A stretch of 64,000 nt of DNA from Ruditapes philippinarum (taxonomy: Eukaryota), in the NCBI RefSeq assembly GCF_026571515.1, contig NW_026859564.1, positions 1 to 64,000 of the forward strand, given 5' to 3'. The position numbers were made by a program, and so were the translations under genes. Positions within the stretch are counted from its first letter, which is position 1, and each line of letters opens with the position of its first letter. This document shows positions 24,431-38,259 of this stretch, piece after piece. The notes beneath the pieces were generated by a model. That model was not told where the DNA came from and searched no databases. It was given only the letters and a program-made list of their open reading frames with translations.

Positions 24431-26249
24431 TTGTTATCCCCCGTCGATGAAATCGGGAGCGGGATATTGTTTTGGCGTTGTCCGTCCGTCCTTCCGTCCA
24501 TCCGTCCGTCCGAATTTCGTTTCCGGACTTGTTCTTTGCAACTACTGGCTGGAATTCAACGAAACTTTATGGGAATCATCAATATCATATCGTCAGCTTG
24601 TTTCGGTCAGACCCTTCTACTCAGTGTTATGGCCCTTGATTTGTTATGCAGTATGCATATAGGGTACAGATCGTTTTCGCGCTATTTCTCTGCTACTACT
24701 GGCTGGAATTCAACGAAACTTAATTGGAACCTTCAATACTAAGAGGAGATGCGCATATCATCGCCTTGTTCAGGTCAGACACTTTAACTCAGAGTTATTG
24801 CCCTTGATATGTTATTCAGTATAAATATAGAACAATATTCATTTCCGCGCTACTTCTCTTCAACTACTGGCTGGAATTCAACAAAACTTTATGGGAACCT
24901 TCAATACCAAGAGGAGATGCGCATATCGTCAGTTTGTTCCGGTCAGATAATTTAACTCAGAGTTATGGCCCTTGATTAGTTATGCAGTATGCATATAGAA
25001 CAATATTCGTTTCCGCTCTACTTCTCTGCAACTACAGGCTGGAATTCAACAAAACTTTATGGGAACCTTCAATACCAAAAGGAGATGCGCATATCGTCGC
25101 CTTGTCCCAGTAGACACTTAAACTTAGAGTTATGGCCCTTGATGTGTTTTGCAGTATGCAACCAGAGCAATAATTGTTTACGTGCTACTTCTCTGTAACT
25201 ACTGGCTGGAATTCAACTAATTTTTATGAGAACCTTCAATTCAAAGAGGAGATGTGCATATCGTCGCCTTGTTCCGGTCAGACACTTTAACTCAGAGTTT
25301 TGGTCCTTGATTAATTGCGAAGTATGGATATAGAACAATATTCGTTTCCACGCTACTTCTCTGCAACTACTGGCTTGAATTCGATGAAACTTTATGGGAA
25401 CATTCAATACCTAGAGAGAATGCGCATATCGTCGCCTTGTTCCGGTCAGACACTTAAACTCAGAGTGATGACCCTAGATTAGTTATGCAGTATGCATATA
25501 GAACGAAATTCGTTCCTGCGCTACTTCTCTGCAACTACTGGCTGGAATTCAACAAAAGTTTATGGGAAAAATTAATATCAAGAGGAGATGCGCATATAGT
25601 TGGCTTGTTCTGGTCAGAGTCAGACACTTTAACTAAGAGTTATGGCCCTTGATTAGTTATGCAGTGTGCATATAGAGCGAACTTTATGGCGACCTGCAAT
25701 ACAAAGAGGAGATGCGCATATCATCGCCGTGTTCCTGTCAGACACTTTAACTCATAGTCATGGCCCTTCATTAGTTATGTAGTATGCATATAGAGTAATA
25801 ATTGTTTCCGCGCGACTTGTCTGCAACTACTGGCTGGAATTCAATTAAACTTTATGGGAACCATTAATACCAAGAGGAGATGTGCATATTGATGCCTTGT
25901 TGAAGTTGTTCAGACCAGACCCTTCATTACAGAATTATTGCCCTTGATTACTTATGTATTATGCATATAGAGCAATATTGTTATTTCTTTGCAACTGATG
26001 TATTGATTTCAACATAACTTTATGGCAACCATGGATACACAAAGGCAATTTACATCTCATTGACATGTCCAGATATTACTATTTAACACAAAGTTATGGC
26101 TCTGTTATTGCCATGAATATTTATCAAGTACAAAGAATATTACTGTTTATGCCATTATAAATAAATAAATAAAGCCTTATGTCTTCAGTTGTTGTGTTAG
26201 TAATAACCAGTACTCGGTGGGGAATATAAATTCAACGAATTTGCTTGTT
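24431..26249 (+). mobile_element. Non-autonomous Helentron-type (HINE/pearl-like) element with an internal ~168-bp tandem array (~9-10 units)
   Basis: 5' TTATCCCCCG subterminal repeat, (GTCC)n microsatellite, core units with ACTACTGGCTGGAATTC at 24541, 24695, 24863, 25031, 25198, 25366, 25534 and 25826, then 3' CGGTGGGGAATA, a short AATTC..GAATT hairpin and a T-rich end. Confidence 0.82.
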
Positions 26250-28496
26250 GGTATTGCATAACTCTATGACGTTATAGTTGGAATTAATGTAATGGCTCTA
26301 CAGTGATGGGTAAACGACGATTAGTTGACCCAGTGACATGGAATAGCAGTAATAAATCGTTGCTGAGAATAAATAGTTTTCCTTTTTAATTAACCTCAAT
26401 GTCGAAAATATACCCTTACAAAGCAAATATGATAGTGAAACAATTACTTTCAGTTATGAAATGCATTTGATTATGATTTACTGGCCATTTGTGTTTTCCT
26501 CTTAAATATGTATTTTATTTCACATGAACAAAAAATAAAACCATTAAGTAAATTAAAACTATCAACAATTTTTATTCAATTCATGTTAACTTGGTTTACA
26601 CATCTTAAACTGTTCATAAAAAACGAAGTCTACAAATTAAACTTCCTGGACAAATTTTAATAATTTTTATCAGTGCTAATAGAGATTAATTAATGCATCC
26701 GCTGTATTAACATTGATAGAGATCACTGAAGAAATCTTTAATACTTATCTACAATGTTTAAAACATTTTCATTATAAATTAATGCATTATAACACATGCA
26801 TAAGACACATATTTATTGACAAAAATGAATTCAAAATATAACTTTATGTCATTCAATTGAAATTTTATTTATAATTTGTTTTTTCAACAATAAAGTATGA
26901 TGTATATTTATACATTGCAAACATGTAAGTTATGTAAGTTTCAATAGTCCTCTATATAGTTTAATATTCAGGTTAACGTAAGCGGTTCAACAAAATGTAT
27001 ATTGACACAATGTTTTATTATGGGACCGCTTAAATATTGTGCCACAAAAACCATCAAAAGCATTTTAAAAACATGCACTAAATAATCTTCTTCGTGTGCT
27101 TGTTCGGTACGTTTAGTTTGTAATATTTTTTGGAAGTAATTATATGTTTTTTATCTGCCTATGAGATCCCTAATACCTTATTCAAATGGAGGTGGTTTGA
27201 TATAAAACTTTCAAAAAGTGGCATGTCCACTTTCGTGTCCACTTTCACAGTGAATAACTGTTACTTAAAACAAGTAAGCACACAAAATAGTGCAACTTGA
27301 TGTATTTAAGCTTTTTGATTTCTTGTTTATTTATTTGTTCTTGGACTTAAATCTATATTTCTCAAAATATTACCATATAATGACTGATATATCAGTTGAC
27401 AATATTATATGTACACTTTTCTTGCATATCAGACAGTTTTTTTCAACTGTTTAGTGTTAACACCGATGCTAGAAAATTTTTATACATCCTTTTAGGAAGA
27501 TAAGTCACATGATTTAAATAGCGTCATTCCCTTGTGTCTTTTATGCAAGGAATTTCGTGCTTAGTATGCTCATTTTACCGTAATGGTTATGAATGAAGTT
27601 ACAATTTCATACGCTACCATAAGAACAAAGTATTAAATAAAAATATTACTTTTTGCAATTATTTTCCGATTTATAATTTTTATGCTATTTGCAAAAAGAA
27701 GAATCAAACACCGGCTGCCGTGACAAGCCTTCGGATAACTGTTCAGCTGAAAATTGACAAAGTCTTGTTAATGCCGCGAACAGTTACCCGATTTTTATAA
27801 TATAAAATAACATTTAGTGACATCATCACTGAAGCAATGCATAATGTACATGTAAATCTACTGTTGAAAATATTATTATGATTTATATTTACATGGCAAT
27901 ATCGACAAGACAAACAAAAGGGTGATCCGCTATTGAGATATTTTCTGGAATTCATTTATCCTGATTTGAGTAGAAAGGAAAGCTCAACTTGAGTGTTTTC
28001 ACTGATGATATGTCGTACTATATATCCGAAGAGAAAGACACGTTGCCCTCATATTTGTTAATTTTGTTTTATTTTGTTGATAGGGCGTATGAATACATTG
28101 TACGTTATATTAAATGACACGTTTCCTTATCTGCATTGTTATAACAAAATCGGGTATTTTTTATTTCATTAAACATGTAAATTAAACTTCTAATTTTGCA
28201 TTGTAGTTCATGTGAAAAAGTGTTGATCAAAACATAATTTGCATATTCATTCATAAATATAAAATGGACACAATCTTGAAATTTTGAATGATTCATGTTA
28301 CAGTCCTTCTGTCCTGTCGTCAGGCAAATCAGAAGAAAAAGCATGTCTATTGCCCATGACTCGACATCACAAATGTAAGGCCTAAAAGAGGGATGAGAAA
28401 AAGTATAAATACAAATTTTTTTCCTGGTTTGCTTAAACATCTTAAACCATGAATGTCATAGATTTTTGTACAACGAATTAATAGATGTATACAACA

Positions 28497-28611
28497 ATGA
28501 AATCTGCACACATTTTCCCTTAATAATATTTCTGTCCTGTACCATGATGAATCCTGTGGAACTAAAGAACTAAAATAGCAGTCACATGTAATGTCGTCAG
28601 TGCCAGTTCAG
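28497..28611 (+). pseudogene. Orphan degenerate signal-peptide exon of the SRCR gene family
   Basis: CAACAATGAAATCTGCACACATT...GAACTAAAATAGCAGTCAC...TTCAG|GTAAA parallels the first coding exons at 48955 and 54846 but has an early TAA; no partner exon found. Confidence 0.65.
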
Positions 28612-30255
28612 GTAAATATTAATTTAGTCTTAAATCCTCTGTTTAATTAAATCTGCGAGTGCTTGGTTCTTTTAAATGGCATTCTATTTTACAACTCTTT
28701 CTAGAATCGACCATATGATAAAGGAACAAATATAATTTTACTATAAATCTTATAAAAAATTGTTCAAAAAGTATACCTTTACACCATTTAGGTAACAACT
28801 CATTACGTTAAATATGTCAAAATGTGAAATTAACAAGAACCCTACTAATTGACAAATAATTAAAATGTCAAAAGTGTATAATTCAGAACATTCTTTGATT
28901 ATTTGAAGGCCTTGTTCAAGACTTTGAAATGATATACTGTAAAAGACTTTTTACGTCTGTGATTTATAAACATGTTAACAGCGATAACTGGTTCCGTTTA
29001 ACTCCCGCAAAGGACACGTGATGATCAGAACTAGTTAGTAAAATGAAATAAAAGGTACAAAACAATGTTGTAAGTTTGTCAAGGGCATACATGAAGTTGT
29101 AGATTGACATATAAAACGTTGGTAGGAAATTTAAACTCGGAAACATTATATAACATAATATAAAATGTTTTGCCTTTTTTCTCAAGTGGTGCTCTTGACA
29201 TGAAATTTTGTCGACTTAAACGTCTTTGTATTATTTTCTTATATTTACATCTGTACAAGGCTATGCAATGATAGATTTATACATTGAAGGAATCTTTTAA
29301 TGTAAGTTATTATGTGAATGTTTGCAGTAAATGGACATTTGGATAGTTATGCTATGTTTAGTTAATTGTAAGTGTTATACTGAACAGTAATATATTTATT
29401 TACATATTATACATGTATGTAGTCATCTGACAACAAACATTCCATTATTTGGAATTTGTAATGAAAACAGACAGTAGGATTTTGAAGCACAGCACCAATT
29501 AAAACTAAGATGTGTGAATGCTACAGCTGAATACTAGATTGACAGAATAGGACATGTTCTTAGACTATCTCTTAATTTTTGTTTTATAGACCTCTTACGA
29601 TGACATGTGAAAGATTTCCCAATTATCCCCTCTTAATGTGTTTAATGAATGAAAATGCAGGACAATTAGGGCTAAAATATAAGCATATTAGAAAGATGGA
29701 GTAAGGATGTTGACAAAATCTTGGGGAACTCTCAAATTGAGGGATGTTCGAATCTCAAATTACACAAAAAGTGATAACTGACTTAAATGGTATTTAAAAA
29801 AAACAATGGAGTTATTTTCATCATCACTCCTGAAGGAAATATATTTTGTCATCGTGAGACCAAAATACAGAACAGTCTTTTGGCGCTTAGTTATTTTATT
29901 CATCCCAGAACATAGTTATTTCCTAAATCTTTCCTAAATAAACCATTCGGATTGAATTGTTTTGTAGGGAAACCTGATGATTCATTACATATAGAATTAC
30001 GGTTTGAATGCAAGTGTTGTATTGCATTGAAAAGTGTACATCCTATATTTAATTATAGTTGAACAACTAAATCCTACTGTCTGTTGATAGCTTTAGTTGC
30101 TGTCTCAAGCTATGGTCAATTTTTAGTACCTTGTTTGGCTCAGCATTTATATTTATATTTACATTTATAAACCGAGGAAATATTATTATAAATACTAGCA
30201 AATAATGAGTGTACATATTTTTTACAGGTAAAACGATTTAGAAGGTGTTTCAACA

Positions 30256-32994
30256 ATGAAATGTAGACATATAATTATCCTACAATTATGTTTTATTTTT
30301 GTACTATGTGCCAAACTGTCTCGTAAGCAGCTAGAACAACGACTACAGGCAATGCAGACACTGATATTTCAGGTAAAAACTTTCCTGCTATAACTTATGA
30401 AATAAAATTTCAAACTAATATATTATGTTTAATTACTTTGTCTTATGATGCATACAACTTCACATTTTTAGAAATAAAAGTTGTGGTTTTACCATAACAT
30501 GTATTTTGCGTTATCTTTAAGATTTTACAAAAACAATAACAAGCTTAATACTTAGTTTAAGCCTCTTTTTCAAATGTTCCGTTTTAATAATTAGCGTCAA
30601 TTTAGTAGGAAGTTGGTAGCTAGTTGGATATTCGAATAACCAACTACCTACTATCTTGTGGTAGGTTATTCGTTATTCTCAACTATTTTACAGCTGGTAG
30701 TAATTATTCAATTCACTATTTCTAGATCTCGATGTTCGGACACATCATAGATTGGAACCTAATTGATTATTCGCGCGAATCCCCAGCTAATTTACCAGCA
30801 GGTAGTTCATAATTTAAGCTTAACATGTTTCCCTTCAAAATAAAATGTACTGTTATATGGATATGTACTAAATATGTCATGTATGTCGACCTGGGGACTC
30901 AGTTGGTTATTTGCTTGAATACCAACTACCTACTAGAAGACAGTTGGTAATTCGGATATTGCATTATATTCCTCTGAAAACAGAAAGTATTTTTCTGAAA
31001 CAAATATTACGGTTTTATAACGAGATATGTCTTTTCTATTATATGGTTATACCCCCTTCGCAATAAATCGACTAGGGGACTCAGATGGTTATTCGCAAGA
31101 ATCCCCAACTGCCAAGCAGAATATTGTAATTCTACAAACGGAAAACATCTTTTAATGATAAACGATTCAGTCATTATTTTATTTATATTGCTCTCAAGAA
31201 AACATTACAGTGACAATATGAAAGATAAAGATTGATTTGTGGTGACTATAAACTCTTTATTCATCTTTGAGTTGATATTCTAAATCTATTTTTTAAACAA
31301 TGAATACTGTTCAGGATAAAGAAGTCGATGTGGACCTCGATATACAGATTGGTTCATCTCTTGCACAAGTTATTTCAAACTAAAACTGAATGTTTTTGCT
31401 CATGTTTTTAAATGTCTCCCAAATTCAAAATTGATGCATTTAATTGACGTTTGAAATAAGTGTCTTCTTCAAAAATTGGATCAATGTTTACTTTATGAAA
31501 GTAAAATGGATATATATGAATATAGGTTGGTTATGAATGATGAACACTTTTTCATCATTATGATTTTTTACTTTTAAAATAATGAATTAATAGTTGATAT
31601 TTTCTTGAATTTGAATGTTTTATGCAGTAAAAAGAAGCAGTCAAACGGAATCTGCAATTTTCATTATCTGCGTGTTTTGTATCAAGTGTGTTATCAAGCG
31701 AATTAATGTATTACAGAACTAGATATCTTAAGGTATTTTATGGTAAATGGTTTCGTTTTTTATTTAAACGTGTACATATGTGTTTTGATAATTTACTGCA
31801 TAGTACTGCAACGTGCGTTATTCATGATGCTAAATGTCCCTGTATCGATCAGTTTATTTTATGATTCAGTCATTCTGTTTGTGTTTCATGTTGTATTTGG
31901 TAACAACATGTTTTTTTAAAAGTTATTTTTTCAACACATTTTAGCGCTTAGATAAATAAATCTTTCTGCATATGTTTTTTCAGGATGCGCAAATCATGAA
32001 AGAAGGGATCCGTAACAATGCTGAAGGTATCAAAACGTTAGCTGATAGCATGAAGAAACATTTTGATTCCCTTCAAGAGACCTTATCAATTCCTAGGAAT
32101 ACTAAGACACCTAATGCGAAACGACCAATCGGAGAATTACAATACGACCCTAAGCCACAAATCAACCAGTCAGATATCAAAAGATTGCAGCAAGCATTTA
32201 AAGAACTCAAAATGCATTCATTGGCATTGCAGGTTAACACATTTAATCAGTTGGAAATTGCACTCATTGAAAAACAAGAACTGTTTATGAAAAATATTTC
32301 TATATATCTTGCAAATATGGTGTCCAAATCGAACACTGAACTGAGTGAAACTTTGATATCCAATTTACAAAAATTTGCTTCCTGTACCGAAAAAGTTCAA
32401 GGAGGTATAACAGAACCACCATTGGCTGCATACAGTCAAATTATAAAGAAGGTTGAATCAGTTTTGGAAGAAGTGATTAAAGGACAATCAATGATATCAG
32501 ATCGTCTCTCGTCATTGAATACCCATCAAACGAATTCAGAGAACAAGATCGCAGCTAGCTGTTTCAACGTAGTTTATGCACAGAAACCTGATTTTGAAGG
32601 TGTACATGACCATAAATGCTATAATATTAGTGCACAGCCAAGGAAGAAAGTGACTTTTCATTGCAACAATAAAAATATTCGACTAGGTGATGCAATAATT
32701 ACGGACGTTGCCGTTGAGGGACGTATTGAAGTCAGATATAATAATCATTGGGGCACTGTATGTGATGATGGTTTTGATGAGCAAGATGCTATAACCGCAT
32801 GTAGGTCGGCCGGATTTGCAAGAGGTGTAGTCGAAAATAGAGTCCCTGCAGGGTCTGGACAAATTTGGCTTTCGTATCTTGGTTGCAATGGTGAGGAGTT
32901 CGATATATTTGATTGTAGCAGAAACCATGGTATTGGACATCATCAATGTTCTCATTCCGAAGACGCTGGTGTTAGATGTTTTTGGTTGCCTTAA
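30256..32994 (+). CDS. Secreted coiled-coil/SRCR protein copy 2 (exons 30256-30372, 31984-32994)
   Basis: Signal-peptide exon MKCRHIIILQLCFIFVLCAKLSRKQLEQRLQAMQTLIFQ, phase-0 GT-AG intron, canonical 6-Cys group A SRCR (EGRIEV..WGTVCDDGFD..CSHSEDAGVRC). Confidence 0.92.
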
Positions 32995-33941
32995 GTGATT
33001 TAAGAATGCGGCTGTAACAAACTTGACTATAAATAAGTGACCTTTGTGATAGGATGTTCTTCTGCAATCAAGCGTAGTCGTGTAATCCATTTATGAAACC
33101 CTTCAGAAATGTATATATTCTTGTTCAATGTTTGTTACTACAAATCACCATGTACAGACTTAATCAAACTGAGTATGCAATTGTCAAGTAATTGTGTTGT
33201 CCTTAATGCTTCCGAGAAACACCATTATCCACATTTTTTACATTTATAGACTACTCAACATTTCTGTGGAGCTCTATGCATTCTTCAATGATTTCGTATG
33301 AAGATTTGTTTAATTTGAGTCAAACTAGAATTTGTAATGGAGTATTGCAAGGATCTGTCAAAATGTATTCTCCCAAAAATAATTTTTTTCCGGTTAATTG
33401 AAAGTGACTTAAAGGTAATTTATGTGTTATAAAGTGTTTTTAAAAAAGAAATCACATTATTAAAAATAAAGTTTTGTAAATTCATGCTGAGATATCCGTG
33501 AAATATTTGTAAAGCAAATACCTACTATTGAATTGTTTAATAACCTATGTGAGCAAATTTATTAATATTTCTTTTTACAATAAAAAACGGTTTACCTATT
33601 TGGCAAAATACTGACATTTATTCTTGACAAATAGAAGGTTATTACTCTGTAAATAAAATACAGTGTTAAGTAGTTTAATTTCTAGAGTATTCTCCCTTTT
33701 ATGAACTGAGAGTGTCGTGCAGGTTTATTATAAATCACCTTTGCAGTGAGTAAATTGAAAGAGTACCTCGTCGATATTTAATGCCAAATCATTTTATCAC
33801 TTTATTCAAATTCAATAATGACAGCCATAAAGTAACCGGTAGCTGAATGACAGTGCTTTTGGTGCGGTTTTTTTTATTACCAAACACTTTGTCGTGTTAT
33901 TTGCCATCTGAATATATCTTAGTAGTATACTCTACAATGAT

Positions 33942-34120
33942 ATATGAGCCCCGTCACGACAAAACCAACGTAATGCGTTTGCGACAAGGATGGATCCAGA
34001 CCAGCCTGCGCATCCATGCTGTTCGCTTACAAACCCTAGCTATAACAAGTAGAAAAACTGATAGCGAATCATGCTGGTCGCAAATGCATTATGTTTGTTT
34101 TGTCATGACGCGGCTCAAAT
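33942..34120. mobile_element. Palindromic MITE (ATATGAGCCGCG family)
   Basis: Ends ATATGAGCCCCGTCACGACAAAACCAAC and GTTTTGTCATGACGCGGCTCAAAT; second copy at 36120-36311. Confidence 0.8.
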
Positions 34121-34239
34121 ATTTCAACCAATGACATTCTTTCTCTTTACTGTAAGAGTTGGTTAGTAAAAGAGTACACTATTTTCAGATCACCATATTT
34201 CTCACTATTCAAATCTGGATTATTTCAAATTTATGTATA

Positions 34240-34353
34240 GGTTAGAGTGCATATTGGGTGTTCTTCGTAAATAAGAAAGCTAAAAAGGAGCGGAGCTTGC
34301 GAAGCGACTGTAGCTTTCTTATTTACGAAGAACATCCAATATGCACTCTAACC
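34240..34353. repeat. Near-perfect 43-bp inverted repeat (hairpin), probably part of a larger non-autonomous element
   Basis: GGTTAGAGTGCATATTGGGTGTTCTTCGTAAATAAGAAAGCTA and its reverse complement (1 mismatch) around a purine-rich GCGAAGCG loop. Confidence 0.88.
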
Positions 34354-35057
34354 GGCTTAGTGCTCCACCCACTTGCGTTTTATAATAAAAAACGTCCAGT
34401 TTATATATTAAAATCTGTTCTATTAAGATTTGAAACCTGAAAATTTGAAAAAACCTCGTCGGCGATTGGCTTAAAAAAATCGGTGAGCACTAATTAGCTA
34501 AATTGTATGCACATTGATCACTCTGGATAGATGGCTGCCTGATCAATCGCCCAAGAAGTTTAGAAAAACAATCTGTTTATAAACATGTAATCGTAACTGC
34601 ATATGACCTTATCAATTTCTAAACACTCTTTTGTAAATTGTTCATATGAAAATAACTTCCCTGTTTAATTCAACATCTATAACATCCTTATCATAATAAA
34701 ATATGTTAATGTTATTTAATAATAAAAGATTTACTTCCATTATTAAAAAAGAAACATAGCTAAGCTGTCATATAATTTCAAAGTGGTTGTGGAATACCAT
34801 TTTTTGTATTGTCCAGGTCAAGCAAATATAACTTGCAAGACTTACTTGTTTGGTATGAGATAAAACACAACACTTAGGTTGAATGAAATAGGGCATTTAA
34901 TAAATGCCATAAATGACAAATGTTACATAATAACAAACATGGCATGAACACACTTGTATCGAAATAACCAAACTTGGAGGTAAAACCCGCCAAAAAGGGA
35001 ACCTTCCGCCACCCAGAGACACTTGACTAGAATATGAGCTTTTATCTCTAAAAATAG

Positions 35058-35330
35058 ATTGACGCATGCGCATTTTATGGTAGCAGTTTATTTACCGTCG
35101 CTGTCATATTATTACGAGAAGTTAAGGAGTAAACAGTTTATACGATGTCGATATATATTTTAACAGGTATTTATCTCATAAAACAACTTTATTCATTATT
35201 TTATTTTATATTGAATACGTTCATGCATATAATAGAAGGTAATTTATTGATTTAACGTACTTGTGTTCAACCATATTTTGTAACTCCGATAAAAAGAGGG
35301 TTAATGCACTATTTACATGATTTAAGGATG
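35058..35330. repeat. Dispersed repeat, also present at ~45385-45640
   Basis: Shared blocks GATTGACGCATGCGCATTT, GGAGTAAACA, ATATATT..AACAGGTATTTAT and GAGGGTTA.TGCA in the same order. Confidence 0.65.
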
Positions 35331-36119
35331 CATTTCAACGCATTTAAGCACGTCCGAATAATCTAATAAGTTCGAGGGCATCTGGTGATGTAAAGGCAAG
35401 AAAGTAAGTTGCACGGTTGCTATCCTTTCATCAAATAATACATCTAAACCGGCTATTCCGCCGCATTCCGTTATCTGTATTGTGTAGAAAGTTACTATTG
35501 ACTAGTTCGAGTTAGACGTCGTTTGTCATAACTTGTTGATAATACATGTTACATAACTCCCTGGAACCGCTTTTGCAAATATAATGTCGCGCCCTGGGTC
35601 ACGCATTTTCAAAAACGTGCAACAACCACAGCAACAACTCAGAATCTTTCAGTTAATGTTACTGTTTCTTTTCTATTAATGTATACCTCGTAACGTGACT
35701 TGTCATTTAATGTAAAAATATATGTGCAATAATTTTCATTGCTAAATACAATGAGACATTTTGCCTCCCGTTTAAGGTATCGATGACCTTACATTAAATG
35801 AATTTTTGCTTGAAAGTTACGTTACAGTACTTGATGTACATCTTGGGCAAGGGCTTATCTGAGTTTATTTGAATATATACCAAGCTGAGGTTTCGGACTA
35901 AATGGTTGCTACGACTAAATGATAGGGGATAAAACGTAAGAAAACAAGTGTTGTGTAACCAGTTTCGGACATATACATTGCATTTTGAAACATTCCTCTC
36001 CGAATATGAGTTGAATTATTCTGCTTCGTATTAATCAACGTAAGATAAATTAATTTTATTTATACCTTTAATAAATGTGTTCCTTCTTCATTAATGTAAG
36101 TGTCAAGTGCATTTAAATA

Positions 36120-36311
36120 ATATGAGCCGCGTCACGAGAAAACCAACTTAATCCGCGCAGTCTGATCAGGATCCATGCTGTTCGCTATCAGTTTCTCTAC
36201 TTGTAAACGAACAGCATGGATCCTGATCAGACTGCGCGGATACACAGACTGGTCTGGATCCATGCTGGTCGCAAACGCATTACTTTGGTTTTGTCGTGGC
36301 GCGGCTCATAT
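36120..36311. mobile_element. Palindromic MITE (ATATGAGCCGCG family)
   Basis: Terminal ATATGAGCCGCG/CGCGGCTCATAT and internal inverted repeat ATCCGCGCAGTCTGATCAGGATCCATGCTGTTCG. Confidence 0.85.
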
Positions 36312-38259
36312 GCTGTTTTCAATGACGTCACCGGTCTAACAAATATTAAAGCACACTTATAATAAGTTTTTGTTGGACACTACAGTGTTTCTGCGTGTGA
36401 ATGTAATTGACATTTTTATTAAATGCTCATTATACAGGCCGTCTTTTGAGAGCATTTTACTGGGTATTTTAGTTACTAAGTATTCAAACAATGATTTAAT
36501 TCCTTGTTGAATTTTTTACCATTATATTTTAGTAAAGTGCGGTCTTATGAAAAATATAATAGCGCACATTATTTCAGAAATCATAGCGCAGTCAGGCAGC
36601 AACAAATTTAACAGACCGACGGGAAAGGCAATGCTTTTGCAAAACAATTAACAACAAAACGTTCTTTATATTCCTTTTAGTGAAATTTTTACTATTTTTT
36701 TTAAAATAAAATGTCATTTTTTATCTTATTTTTCATTTGTCGTATATGGAAAAAATATTTAGGAAAGGAAGAACCGGTTGTTCTTTTCGAAATATTGCTT
36801 TTTAAACTACGTTAAATAGGACGACATCTGAAATTTAAAAAAGTGCCATTTGTGATTTAACTTATATATTTTTCCAGTGCGATCTTTCAGTTTTTCAAAA
36901 ACATTTGCTAGATTTAATTGATTTGTTCAATGACAACTTAATATGATACACTTTTCAGTTATATCAACTTATACTTGCGCTGCATAATTATATAAGCACA
37001 GTAGACCGCGACGAACAGATTTATTTATTCATAACAGGCTGACATAAAAGCTTTATCCCAGCCGCAATAATATGTTTGCAAAACGAGCTCTGAAATAGGA
37101 TCTACTTGTTTATATTTTGGAAAATTCCCTTCCATTTCAGCTGAATTATTTAAATCACGCAATGTAAATACTATTCAAATCAAGTCAACTATTCAAAATC
37201 AATCGCTAAGCAGATCAAAATAAATAAACCTTTATGTTATACCATTGACGTCAATTTCCTCAAAAACATGCAGTGCTGCATTGTATCATATGTCTTTGCG
37301 GGGTTCTATAAGAAAATAATTGAAAATAAATATATGGACGAATTGTTGTACAATATTATTTTGAAGTGAATTTAGACCTCTTTACTGGGTAGAGTCATGG
37401 GTTTTTTTGTGTTTTTTTATTGGTTTTTTTATTGGGTACTATCAGAATTTGCACCTTGAAAATATATTTTGGTTATAATTTACTTAGTTATTACCTTAAA
37501 AAGGAATGAGTATTTTTATAATTTTGTTTACCTTTTTTATATTTACTATATATTTATTCATTTATCCCAATTTCATCATAAAGCTTGGACAATGCCACCT
37601 ATTTTGTACAATAAGTGATAAGTTTTACAAGTATGCTCATATCACAGTTGGAGGTGACCCTCTTTTCTGTATTTATTACAACAAAATTTATCAGTTCACG
37701 ATAGATTTTGCAAACAATCGAACACTACACCAAACTCCGTATGCCTAAGCTTTATGTCAGATATTGTGCCTTAGCAATTTTCTTTCTTATTTCTAAACAA
37801 GTTGACGGAATTTATGAATTTAGAAGAGCTATCTTGGGGAAACTTACATTAATCATTTAAAAGGAAGATGGAGGATGAATGGCATAAAAATAAATACTTT
37901 TGTCAATCAAAACATCACAAAATGGCATGTTTGTTTTACAAGACTCAACAGCATGAATCTCAGATTGATAATTATTTTTTCACTCTCAGCATTGCTAATT
38001 GCGGTCGACAAAAAAGAAATAAAACATTTATAGAGTCCCTTGTTGACAAAAAAAACAACTTGAATTATATATAATTTGAAAAAGGCTTTACTCATGAAGT
38101 TATAAGTTATTGCACTATTAAGTCTTTGGCTTTACTAATGAAGTTATAAAGTTAATGTACCGACCGAGATAGAGTGTAAATGGTTTTAAATACATGTAGT
38201 ATAAGAATCTTCATCTTTTTAGTAGAAAACAACTAAACAATTGAAAGGTGTATTCAGCG

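Noticed and set aside
24541-26000. CRISPR-like regular repeats and ORFs 24363-25407
   Set aside because: Whole 168-bp units repeat with no unique spacers and no cas genes; the context is eukaryotic and the ORFs are repeat translations.
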